From positions 1 through 56,874 of the IMG/VR virus record IMGVR_UViG_3300020472_000030: 56,874 nt of DNA. One strand, written 5' to 3'. The translations under genes and the position numbers were made by a program. The notes below the pieces were generated by a model. It saw only the letters and a list, made by a program, of their open reading frames with translations, was not told where the DNA came from and made no database searches. This document shows positions 34,413 through 44,400 of the stretch, piece by piece (position 1 is the first letter of the stretch; each line of letters opens with the position of its first letter). The DNA comes from a virus. Its lineage: Duplodnaviria > Caudoviricetes.

Positions 34413-36342
34413 TTTAACCTCTACTTTTAAGTCCCATACTGATGAGGATGGAAGTATAAAAATCCGAGGTATGGCTAGTACTGCCGATTTTGATCGCGCG
34501 GGTGATTCTATTTCAGCAGATGCATGGACTAAAGGTGGGTTAAATAATTTTGAAAAGAATCCTATAATTCTTTTCAACCACGACTACAATAGGCCTATTG
34601 GAAGAGCTACTAACGTTAAAGCTACTGATAATGGTCTTGAGTTAACAGCAAAAATTAGTAAGGCGGCTAAAGATGTAGCCGAACTAGTTAAAGACGGTGT
34701 TCTTGGGGCCTTTTCTGTTGGTTTCCGAGTCAAGGACGCTGATTATATCGAGGAAACCGACGGATTGAGAATAAAGGACGCTGAATTGTTCGAGGTATCA
34801 GTAGTATCTGTGCCCTGTAATCAAACAGCTACTTTTTCACTGGCGAAGTCTTTTGACTCTATGGATGAGTACGAAGACTTCAAAAAAACTTTCACTAATA
34901 GTGACGGGGCGCAAGTCCAAAAGGAGATAACGATGTCTGAAGAGACACAACAACCCGTTGACTTGGAAGCTTTTGCTAAAAAAGTAGCTGAGGAAACTGC
35001 TGCTAAAATTGCAATGAAGCAAGCCGAGCAAAAAGCAGCCGATGAGGCTGTACAAAAAGAAGCTGAAGAGAAAGCTGCTGCGGAAGCAGACGCCAAAGTT
35101 CAGCAAGAAGAAGAGGTCAAGACGGCCATTAAAACTGGCGTAGAGTCAGGAGCTGATCGTCTTGTACAAGACATGCAAAAAGAATTCGAAGCTGCAAAAG
35201 CTGAAGAAATCAATGAGCTTGTTAAGAAGTACGAAGCCGACGTTAAAGAGAAGGCTGATGAACTCGAAGCTATGCGTAGCCGTAAGTTTGAATTTGCTAA
35301 GCAAAGCAAGCAAGAAGTTGGTAAAGAAGCTCTTCATGCTAAAGTACTTGGTGCAATTACTAAAAAAGGTTGGGATACTGACCTTGGTAAGGAAGTCATG
35401 GAAAAGCAGGGCTTAGACTTTGGTACACGAAGTTCTGCCGGTAATCTCGATATTACTGTAACTCAAGCGTTCGAAGAAGAAGTTGCACTCGAAACTAAAC
35501 TTGCGGGCTTGTTCCGTGAAATTCCTGTAACTTCTGGAGCCACAGTAATGCCTTTTGCTGCAGATGTTAATGCTGCAACTTTTGGTACCGCTTATGATAT
35601 TGATACTGCTAGCACACGTATGGATACAGTTGGTGGAACTGACGGTCAGTATGATATTACTAATAATGTACTACAAACTGAGCGTTTGGCAGCAGGTACC
35701 TACATTGATAACAATGTAGACGAAACTTCTTTAGTTTCATTCCTGCCAATGATTACCTCAGCTCTTGCACGCTCTCATGCGGTAGCAATTGATAAGGCAA
35801 TCTTATACGGTACTTCTGGACCTACTCTTGGTATCGCTGGTGGAACCGGAAGCGACAAAGGCACTGGTCTTACAGCGTCAACCGCAGCTTGTGCAGCCCA
35901 GCTTGATGGTGCACCTGTATTCGCAGACTCAATGCTTGAAGTTGGTCGTGCAGCTATGGGCAAATACGCAGTTAATCCTGCTGATATTGTCTATGTTGTT
36001 ACTATCGATGCATACTACGATCTACTTGCAGCAGATGGAAACTTCAAGACTGTAGATAAAGTTGGTTCTGATGCGGCAGTTAATATTAACGGTATGATGG
36101 GTTCTGTTTATGGTTCTCCTCTTATTGTTTCAGCAGAACTTGCTCCTGCTAACCAAGGCACAGTTGCTTGTATCATTAATACTAGCCGCTTTGTTGTAGG
36201 AAGACTCAAAGCTGTAAGCATTGAAACTGACTACGAAGTTGGTAAGCAGCGAAATGTTCTGGTCGCTAGCCAGGCATTAGGATTTAAGGCGCTTGAAGGC
36301 ACTTCTGGTGCTCACACCTTAACCCTAGCAGCTAACGCTTAA
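34396..36342 (+). CDS. prohead protease - major capsid protein fusion ORF
   Basis: HK97 protease motifs (LFNHD, FSVGF, EVSVVSVP), coiled-coil delta domain, HK97-fold capsid; internal RBS+ATG at 34933. Confidence 0.93.
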   Translation: MEKVFNLTSTFKSHTDEDGSIKIRGMASTADFDRAGDSISADAWTKGGLNNFEKNPIILFNHDYNRPIGRATNVKATDNGLELTAKISKAAKDVAELVKDGVLGAFSVGFRVKDADYIEETDGLRIKDAELFEVSVVSVPCNQTATFSLAKSFDSMDEYEDFKKTFTNSDGAQVQKEITMSEETQQPVDLEAFAKKVAEETAAKIAMKQAEQKAADEAVQKEAEEKAAAEADAKVQQEEEVKTAIKTGVESGADRLVQDMQKEFEAAKAEEINELVKKYEADVKEKADELEAMRSRKFEFAKQSKQEVGKEALHAKVLGAITKKGWDTDLGKEVMEKQGLDFGTRSSAGNLDITVTQAFEEEVALETKLAGLFREIPVTSGATVMPFAADVNAATFGTAYDIDTASTRMDTVGGTDGQYDITNNVLQTERLAAGTYIDNNVDETSLVSFLPMITSALARSHAVAIDKAILYGTSGPTLGIAGGTGSDKGTGLTASTAACAAQLDGAPVFADSMLEVGRAAMGKYAVNPADIVYVVTIDAYYDLLAADGNFKTVDKVGSDAAVNINGMMGSVYGSPLIVSAELAPANQGTVACIINTSRFVVGRLKAVSIETDYEVGKQRNVLVASQALGFKALEGTSGAHTLTLAANA

Positions 36343-36374
36343 TAGCACTCTGATTACTTTTAGTAATCATGGAA

Positions 36375-36405
36375 ACTGGGGGAGGTTCTCCTCCCCTAAG
36401 TTTTT
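36375..36405 (+). terminator. rho-independent terminator
   Basis: GGGGAGG/CCTCCCC stem, then T-run after capsid gene. Confidence 0.75.
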
Positions 36406-36417
36406 ATTAATTGACTT

Positions 36418-37008
36418 ATGGCAGACTTAATTACACTACAAGACTATAAAACTGCAGAGGGCATTACCGCCCCTAAAGATGATGGTAGGCTTAATGTAAT
36501 TATTCCTTCAGTAAGTCAATTAATAAAAACTTATTGTGGCAATAGTTTTGTTGACTTTTATGCCTCTAACAAAACAGAAACATTTGATATTGACTGGACG
36601 ACTCATGTTGTACAATTAACGGAAAGTCCGGTAACTACTATAGTGAGTGTAGAAGAGCGCGACTCTTATAGTGCTGCTTATACAACACTTACTACAGGAG
36701 CATATGAGTATTCTCTAGATTCTAGTACAGATAGTGTTATGCGTACTTATTCATCAGGAGGATACAGAAACTGGCCCAGAGGAGTAGGAGCAGTTAAGAT
36801 CGTGTATAAAGCAGGGTATAGTGCAGTACCTGCCGATCTTAAGTTAGCAGTATTAGACTTAGTTACCTACTACTTAAAAGACGAGCACAAACAGAGGCAG
36901 TCTATAGCGGGTGCTAGTATACAGAACCAAGGTAGTTCTGGACAATCAAATAACGTCGGATTTCCCGACCATATTAAGAGAGTCTTAGACTTGTATAAAA
37001 ACTTTTAA
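36418..37008 (+). CDS. head-tail connector/head completion protein
   Basis: LITLQDYK, YKAGY..VPADLKLA, FPDHIKRVLDLY. Confidence 0.85.
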   Translation: MADLITLQDYKTAEGITAPKDDGRLNVIIPSVSQLIKTYCGNSFVDFYASNKTETFDIDWTTHVVQLTESPVTTIVSVEERDSYSAAYTTLTTGAYEYSLDSSTDSVMRTYSSGGYRNWPRGVGAVKIVYKAGYSAVPADLKLAVLDLVTYYLKDEHKQRQSIAGASIQNQGSSGQSNNVGFPDHIKRVLDLYKNF

Positions 37009-38315
37009 TGGCCACTAGACGATTAGCACAAAAAGTTTTAAAAGAGCTTTTAAAATCTTCTGATCCCATACGTGACACTCTTGTAGCACAAGTAGGGCAA
37101 ATACTTTTTGTAAGTCCAAAAAGATTTAAGGAAGCTTTAGCTGATATTTTTGGTGATAGTTTAGATGCTAAAGCTCTTGATGCCATATGGAAAGAATGGG
37201 ATATTTATTTACAGACACAAAGAAGTAGTAGAAATATAACTAAACAACGTTTACAAGAACTAACAGACGCTTTACATAGAATACCTCCAAGAAGAGGAGA
37301 AAAAGCTTATATAATTGCTTCGTACGAAACAATAAAAAAAGCAAAAGGCGGAAGTGGAAAACTTGGAAGTATAATTAAAACCAAAGGAATTGACGAAAAC
37401 GATAATAGATTAAATTTAATAGGAGGTAAGGGGGATAAATTCGGGTCTCAATTAGGCCATGAAGAAAAAGGAAGAGGTGCTGCTGCTAGTGCCGCAAAAG
37501 TTCTTAAAGCCAAAGGATTAGTTTCTCGTAGCAAGGCAAAGGAAAAAGAGCAAATTTTTGAACTTATTGATGATTATTTAAATGATTTAGATGTTACTAT
37601 AACGCATGAGCAAATGTTTACTGCAAAAGGTAAGTTAAGAAAAAAATATATACCTGTATTAACTTGGCAAAAAGCAGTTGATAATCAAACAATGAAAAGA
37701 ACTGAAGAAGATGCATTAAAATTTTTACAAGCAGAGTTAAGTGAAAACTTAGCTGAAATGGAAGGGTCTACTCCTTTAAAAGATGCGCTAAGTCAAATAA
37801 TGTTTTTTAATGTATCCCCAAAAAAACAAACCAGGAGAGTTAGAACTAAAGGGAAGAAAAAAGCAGTAATAAATGAAAAAAATAAAAGCTCTCAAAAAGG
37901 AAAACAGAAACAGAAAAGAAAAATAAAAGCAGTAAGAGACGGAGGACTTCCTGCTTCTCTTACAAAGTTAAAAGCAAAAAAGAGTTCACAGGGATTCAAT
38001 CAATTAAGCTTATTAGCTTTAATAAATAAAAAACTGCCAAAAACGGTTCAAAAAAATATGAGGCCTCCCGCGCTCCAGAGCCAAACAGGAAGATTAGCAA
38101 GAAGTGTAGAATTAAAAGATGTAACTACAACACGTCAGGGTTTTTTAAGTTTTGGTTACACATATGAAAAAGACCCTTATCAAGTGTTTGAAGTAGGAGC
38201 AGGAGCAGCTCCTTGGGCCAGCCCTCAAAGAGACCCAAGAAGGCTTATTGATAGGTCAGTAAGAGAAGTAGCAGCAGAGTTGGCATTAGGAAGATTCTAC
38301 ACTAGGAGACTATAG
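37008..38315 (+). CDS. neck/tail completion protein
   Basis: C-terminal TGRLA.S..YTY..PYQVFE..RDPRRLI; T5 synteny. Confidence 0.65.
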   Translation: MATRRLAQKVLKELLKSSDPIRDTLVAQVGQILFVSPKRFKEALADIFGDSLDAKALDAIWKEWDIYLQTQRSSRNITKQRLQELTDALHRIPPRRGEKAYIIASYETIKKAKGGSGKLGSIIKTKGIDENDNRLNLIGGKGDKFGSQLGHEEKGRGAAASAAKVLKAKGLVSRSKAKEKEQIFELIDDYLNDLDVTITHEQMFTAKGKLRKKYIPVLTWQKAVDNQTMKRTEEDALKFLQAELSENLAEMEGSTPLKDALSQIMFFNVSPKKQTRRVRTKGKKKAVINEKNKSSQKGKQKQKRKIKAVRDGGLPASLTKLKAKKSSQGFNQLSLLALINKKLPKTVQKNMRPPALQSQTGRLARSVELKDVTTTRQGFLSFGYTYEKDPYQVFEVGAGAAPWASPQRDPRRLIDRSVREVAAELALGRFYTRRL

Positions 38316-38767
38316 TGGTAAACGAAAGAAAGTATACGTCTCGTAGGGCTGGAATAACCGCGGCTCTTGCTAATGCTATTTCAAAAATAGACGGCAGAGG
38401 TCTTTATAAGCAAGCAGTAGCAGAGACAAGCCCCCGACTTAAGTTCTGGGATGAAGTGGAAGAATTCCCTGCAGTCCATTTAAATGCAGGATCAGAAACT
38501 CGACAATACCAAACAGCAGGATATAAGGATAGATTTTTAAATGTAACAGTTCGTTGTTATGTTAATCAAGAAGACGCAGTTGAAGCACTAGACGAATTAA
38601 TGGAAGATGTAGAAACTGTATTAGAAGAAAACGGTCAATTGCTTTATACAGATCGAAATGGTTTAGAGCAAAAAACTCAACAGATCACTATAATCAGTAT
38701 TGATACTGATGAAGGTGTGTTAGATCCTCTAGGTGTAGGAGAAATACTAATAGAGGTTCGTTACTAG
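38315..38767 (+). CDS. tail terminator protein
   Basis: FWDEVEEFP, IDTDEGVLDPLGVGE..VRY; precedes tube gene. Confidence 0.8.
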   Translation: MVNERKYTSRRAGITAALANAISKIDGRGLYKQAVAETSPRLKFWDEVEEFPAVHLNAGSETRQYQTAGYKDRFLNVTVRCYVNQEDAVEALDELMEDVETVLEENGQLLYTDRNGLEQKTQQITIISIDTDEGVLDPLGVGEILIEVRY

Positions 38768-38829
38768 GAAAATTCTGGCACGAACAGACGTTCACGACTC
38801 AGTCTTTTCAAGTTTATAGGAGATAATCC

Positions 38830-40512
38830 ATGGCAGAACAGCTATATTTTAGCCGTGATACTCGAATGTTTGTTCAGTTTAGAAATACAACGGACAATAC
38901 AGAGACAGCGGCTGATTTAGGAAAAGGCGCTCTTTGGGAAATTCCTGTACTTGATGGGTACAGTTTTTCTCAAACCACTAACACTTCGGAAATAACCTTA
39001 GCCGAAATGGAAAGTAGTGCTGGTGTAAGTAGAAGGGGTCGTCGTATGTTTACAGACTCTCTTGCACCCGCAGAATGGTCTTTTGCAACATATATTCGTC
39101 CTTTCGATTCAGTCGGACAAACCGCATTAGGAAATTCTTATGACGGTGCTAAGGGCGCGGAAACAGGAAGCAACACAGGCGTACACGCAGTAGAAGAAGT
39201 ATTATGGGCTTCAATGTTTGGCGCAGATAAGTATACTACTAATTCAAGTGTTCAAAAGTTTCGAAGGAATGTTCAGGCGGTAAGCGGGTCAGAAACTGAC
39301 GTTCTTGCTCCGGGCGGGGATAACATGGTTCTTACTATTCAAGAATCAAATAGATCAGCCTTGCATTCTTTTGTAATATGGTTCTTAATTGATACAGATA
39401 CGGATAATCCACTTGTTTATAGAATGCCTGAATCAATCGTTAATGAAGTTAGTATTGATTTTGATGTTGACGGTATTGCTACTCTTAACTGGAGTGGGTT
39501 CTCAAAAGAAATCATTGATTACTCAGAAAAAGTCGGATTTGCTGCTCATGCCACTAACAGGCCGGCGTGTACTGGTGGACGAAAAGGAGGTGGAAACCTC
39601 ATTCTTGGCGATGTATTAATAAATACAGGCAATAGTCGTCAATTTGGACTTATAAGTACAACAGGTGGTGCAGGTAGTTCTGTTGTTACAGAAGCAATTG
39701 ATGAAGCTACTACAAGTACCAAGAACTTTATTCGTAATCGATTAACGGGTGTTGAAATTGAAACAGCCGATGGAGCAGATAAAGTCGCAGGTACTTTCCC
39801 AGGTTCTCATGTAACAGTAACAGGAATCACTCTAGTAGCAGATCCTGTTGTAACTGCAGCTAGTCATGGCTTTGCCAATGGCGATACTGTGCGAATAACA
39901 GGAACTTGTGGAATTACAAAATCTAGTGTGGATGTTCTTGATGGAATAGACCATGTAATTAGTGGTGTAACTACTAATACGTTTATTATTGCAGCTCTTG
40001 ACCTCTCGTCAGGAACTTCAGGATCCTTTAGTGGAACTCCTGTTGCTGCAAATGGTAAATATAGTTTAACACTAACTGGTGGTAGCTTTAATATTGGAAA
40101 TAATATTACTTATCTTGTACCAGAAGAATTAGGAGCAATTAACAAGCCGCTAGAGCACGTAACAGGTACACGTACTGCTACTGGTAATGCTACTTGTTAC
40201 ATTACTCTTGAAGATGCGGATACTACATCTGGTACTTCTAGACAGTTCTTTAACGATCTAGTAGGTACAAGCGCTATGGCTAAAGTTGTGAATAAGTTTA
40301 AGGTTACAATGCATATTGGTGGTACAGCCGCTACAGGTAATACTACTGATCCTGCATTAAAAATCATATTCCCAACAGCACATATTGAAGTACCAACTCA
40401 CTCAGTAGAAGATATAATATCTCTAGAAACTAACTTTACGGCACTTCCAACTGACTTTGGATCTGCTGATGAAATTACTTCTATCACATATTATCCACCT
40501 TCATCCTACTAA
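38830..40512 (+). CDS. major tail tube protein (T5 pb6-like) with insertions
   Basis: EIPVLDGYSFSQ, LAPAEWSF.TYIRP, DFDVDGIATLNWSG. Confidence 0.88.
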   Translation: MAEQLYFSRDTRMFVQFRNTTDNTETAADLGKGALWEIPVLDGYSFSQTTNTSEITLAEMESSAGVSRRGRRMFTDSLAPAEWSFATYIRPFDSVGQTALGNSYDGAKGAETGSNTGVHAVEEVLWASMFGADKYTTNSSVQKFRRNVQAVSGSETDVLAPGGDNMVLTIQESNRSALHSFVIWFLIDTDTDNPLVYRMPESIVNEVSIDFDVDGIATLNWSGFSKEIIDYSEKVGFAAHATNRPACTGGRKGGGNLILGDVLINTGNSRQFGLISTTGGAGSSVVTEAIDEATTSTKNFIRNRLTGVEIETADGADKVAGTFPGSHVTVTGITLVADPVVTAASHGFANGDTVRITGTCGITKSSVDVLDGIDHVISGVTTNTFIIAALDLSSGTSGSFSGTPVAANGKYSLTLTGGSFNIGNNITYLVPEELGAINKPLEHVTGTRTATGNATCYITLEDADTTSGTSRQFFNDLVGTSAMAKVVNKFKVTMHIGGTAATGNTTDPALKIIFPTAHIEVPTHSVEDIISLETNFTALPTDFGSADEITSITYYPPSSY

Positions 40513-40514
40513 TG

Positions 40515-40540
40515 ATAAGGGGCTTCGGCCCCTTATTTCC
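40515..40540 (+). terminator. rho-independent terminator
   Basis: ATAAGGGGC-TTCG-GCCCCTTAT. Confidence 0.8.
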
Positions 40541-40551
40541 CTTCACCCACG

Positions 40552-40591
40552 AAAAATAATTCTTGACATTTTTTGTGATTTACCGTATAAT
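40552..40591 (+). promoter_or_regulatory. sigma70-type promoter
   Basis: AAAAATAATTC-TTGACA-N17-TATAAT. Confidence 0.85.
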
Positions 40592-40609
40592 TTAGTTTTT
40601 AAATGAGGA

Positions 40610-41062
40610 ATGTTCCCAATGGCAGAAGATAAAACAACTAGTACCAAACCCGAAGTTTCATTAAAGAGTCTCATGACTCCAAGTAAAACAGTATCAGTAG
40701 AGTTTCCAAGGTTTAAAGGTGTGACTATTGATTTATGTTACTTAGCAAGGGAGGAACTAGTTAAACTTCGTAAACGATGTATGAGTACGAAGTGGGATAA
40801 AAAAAGTCATCAACCTTTTGAAGAAATAGATGACGATAAATTCATTGTAGAATATTGTAAAGCAGTTATTAAAGGCTGGAAAGGGCTAAAATTTTCATAC
40901 TTAGAAGAGCTTCTTTTGGTGGATATTAGCGACCTTAACCCTGAAGATTGCTTGCCTTATACTAAAGAAAATGCAGAACTGTTGATGAAAAATGCAACAG
41001 ATTTTGATACTTGGGTTACAGAAACAGTAGGTGACCTTGAAAATTTTACTGGAAACAAGTAG
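40610..41062 (+). CDS. tail assembly chaperone (gpG-like)
   Basis: Between tube and tape measure genes; IKGWKGL. Confidence 0.82.
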   Translation: MFPMAEDKTTSTKPEVSLKSLMTPSKTVSVEFPRFKGVTIDLCYLAREELVKLRKRCMSTKWDKKSHQPFEEIDDDKFIVEYCKAVIKGWKGLKFSYLEELLLVDISDLNPEDCLPYTKENAELLMKNATDFDTWVTETVGDLENFTGNK

Positions 41063-41083
41063 ACAGAATTCGAAGTCTACTTG
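41041..41083 (+). other. -1 programmed ribosomal frameshift signal
   Basis: A AAT TTT heptamer, 8-nt spacer, 9-bp hairpin CAAGTAGAC/GTCTACTTG. Confidence 0.8.
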
Positions 41084-41475
41084 ATGCCTTTGTTCAGCAA
41101 AGTACCCAGGAAATAGACAAAGAAAAGTATCTTCGCATTTGTGAACAATTAGGGCAAGTACCTGACCCAGATAAAATGCCGCTTGATATTTCAGACTTTC
41201 CTTCTGAAGTTCAAGTGGCATTTTTTATGTTCAATTTACTGTCAGACAACTGGGATGGTATGACCGGAACTTACATGGGAAAGGATTGGGCACAATGCAC
41301 ACAACTATTTGAGATATATAGCATTGAGGATCCTACAACTACTATATATTTTATGAAGATGTATGAATCTTTATTGGTCGGGGCAAGAATAGCAGAACAA
41401 AAACGAAAATCAGACGCTCAAAAACGAAAATCAGAACAAGCGGGTAAAAAATACACCCATAATATTAGAGGCTAA
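41044..41475 (+). CDS. tail assembly chaperone C-terminal extension (gpT-like, via frameshift)
   Basis: -1 frame is open from the slippery site through the 41176 ORF. Confidence 0.75.
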   Translation, partial: FYWKQVDRIRSLLDAFVQQSTQEIDKEKYLRICEQLGQVPDPDKMPLDISDFPSEVQVAFFMFNLLSDNWDGMTGTYMGKDWAQCTQLFEIYSIEDPTTTIYFMKMYESLLVGARIAEQKRKSDAQKRKSEQAGKKYTHNIRG

Positions 41476-44400
41476 TGGCTAAAAATCAAGTATATATTGA
41501 TGTAGTAATTGACGATAAAGGCACGACAAAACGTGTTGCTGTTAATGCAAAAAAACTTGGTATTGAACTAGAAAAATCAGGTGTCGCCGCAGATCGAGCA
41601 GCAACAGGTCAAGATAAGATAGCAAAGTCAGCCAGAGATGTAGACAGAAATATGCGTGGGGCGGCGAATATGACGTCCAACAGCACAAAGCAATACTCAA
41701 AAATGCAGCAAGGTATGGGAGGTCTTGTCGGCGCTTATGCAACTCTTGCTGCTCAGGTATTCGCTGTTTCTGCTGCTTTTCAATTTTTACAAAATGCTTC
41801 AGATTTTAAGAATTTAGTTGCAGGGCAGGAAGCTCTTGGTACAGTTACAGGTGTTGCGTATAAAACTATTACTCATGCAATGATTGAAGCAACAGATGCA
41901 CAATTAAAATATATTGATGCAGCTCGAGCTGCGGCTATTGGTACAGCAGCCGGACTATCTTCTGGTCAGTTAACGGGACTTGCGGAAGCAGCAAAAAATG
42001 CTTCATTTGCTTTAGGAAGAGATTTAACGGATTCAATGAATCGTTTAGTAAGAGGTGTAACAAAAGCAGAACCCGAACTCTTAGACGAATTAGGTATTAT
42101 TCTAAGATTAGAGCCCGCTACAGAAAAATACGCACAAAAAATAGGAAAAGCAAGAGAAGAGCTAAATGCTTATGAAAGAACACAAGCAGTAGCAAATGAA
42201 GTTTTAGGGCAGGCGGAAAGAAAGTTTGGCGCTATAGCTGAGCTAATGGATCCAAGCGCTACCGCTTTAGCTCGTTTTACAAAATCCTTTGATGAACTTA
42301 TAAATATATTTAAAGTAGGTCTTATAGAAGGGTTAACTCCTATTTTAAAATTTCTTACAGATAACACAATGGCTTTAGTAGCTACTTTAACTTTATTAGG
42401 TACTCCAATTCTTAAAGCTATTCTTCCGAATCTTGCTCTCATGAGAGAATCCGCAATAAAATTAGGAAAGGTATATGAAGAGCAAGCAGATAAATTTGAA
42501 GCCGCCATGGACCGACAAACAGCAGCTTTAGAGGGGCAAGTTGCCGCTAGAAAAAAAGCAGTTGCTGGTGCCGAAGCCGATGCAAAAAAAGCTTTAGGAA
42601 AAAGAGACGATGCAGGTACTGGAGGTCTTGGCTGGCTAACAGGGGGTGCCGCTGGAAAAGCGAATAAAGGAGCCGCAACAAGAATCCTTAATAATGCTAG
42701 AAAGGAAATGGATCAGCACGGTAAGATTCTTACTGGAAAACTAGCAGGGTATAATAGACAGCAACTAGCTGATTTAGAAAGGGCATATGCAAAAAAAGTT
42801 CAAGCATCGAAAATAGCAACTGAAAAAATAATTGGCCATTGGCAAAGGGCAGGACTGCAGATAAAAAGAGTCGGTAATTCAGTAATGTTAGGCTGGAACA
42901 AAGCAATGGTAGGAATGCAGACTGCTTCCAGAGTTGCCGCAGTAGCTATGAATTCTATATTTAATGTTATGGCAATAGCTGGTATAATTGCCATGATATG
43001 GGAAGCCGGAAAAGCTTTAATGAATTTTATAAAGCCAGTTAATGAAGCTCTAGAACGGCAGAAAGAAATAGTGGATGAGCTACAAAGGAAGTATAACCAG
43101 TTGGGCGTAGAAATGGGAAATGCTCAAAAAGCCCGAAAAACTTTATTAACAGGAACGGAACAAGCTTCTTCTAGAGGTCAGTCTATGGCTAGTTTTGATA
43201 TGCCTGCCTTTCTTGAAAATATAGATACGCTGTCAAACATGACAAAAGGTAGTGAAGAATTTAATAAGCTGCAAGGAACGTTAATGAAGGCGCTTCTTGC
43301 TGCTAGCAAACTAGATACACGATTTGTTGCCCTTGCTGACAACATTAGAAACGGGGAGCAAGTAACAAAAAGTCAAGCAGAAAGAATGACACAGTTAGCT
43401 AATGAGATTATTAATACTGGTCAAATTATTGATCGACTTCCTGAGACACTGCAAGCAGCAGATGCTGCTTTTGTATCTTTAACATCAAACTTCGTAAAAA
43501 CTACCCCCATGCAAGAATATTTAGAAATTCAACAAAAAGCTATAGACGCTCAAATAGTTAATTTACAAGAAGCTGATAGAGGCCAGCAAGCCCTCGGAAA
43601 AGAAATCGCCAAGCAGATAAAAATTAGACAAGAGCAAGCAAAAATAGATACAGAGTACTGGAATAATAATAAGAGTCTAGTAGCGCGGGCTGTAGGAGGC
43701 CTGAACAAATTTAATAAGTTAACCGACGCGGCACAAAGTAAATGGAGAGATCTTTTTGGTATAGAAGACTTAACTAAAGGTAGTTCGTATTTAAGTGACG
43801 AAGAGTTAGCTAATACCAAAAAAACACGAATTGAAGCTGTAGATAGGGTTAATGATGAAATCAAGGCACTGGGGAAATTGCGGACGGAACAACAGCAGAT
43901 TCAAAAACACGAAACTCAGCGTTTAAACATACAAAAGGAAAGAATAAGACTTGAAAAAGCCGCCAGTGATCTTGCAAGTCTTGGAATTACTAAGCAAGGC
44001 GAATTAAATAATCTTGCACAACAAGAGTTTAATATTTCTAAGCCGTATCTTAAAGCTCAAGAGGACTTGAATAAAGCTCAAACAGCAATAACTTTGAATA
44101 AAATAAAAGGAGTTAAAGCAGGAAGTGATGAGGATAAGCAAGCCCAAGAAGTATTAAGAATAAATACAGAACAGCATCGAGTAGCTAAATTAAGATATGA
44201 TTTAGAAATGTTGCGTCACAACTTTTTAAAAGCAGAAATCGAACTACAAGAAAAATTATTAGCTGGAAAAATAAGAATACATGAATTAGATAGAGATACT
44301 CGAAGGAGTGAAGAGCGCTCTAAAGATTTAAGCGTCTTTGGTTCAGGACGAGGAAATCCTATAGTTGCTCAAGCAGAAAGAAAAGAAAAACTAAGGCGCC

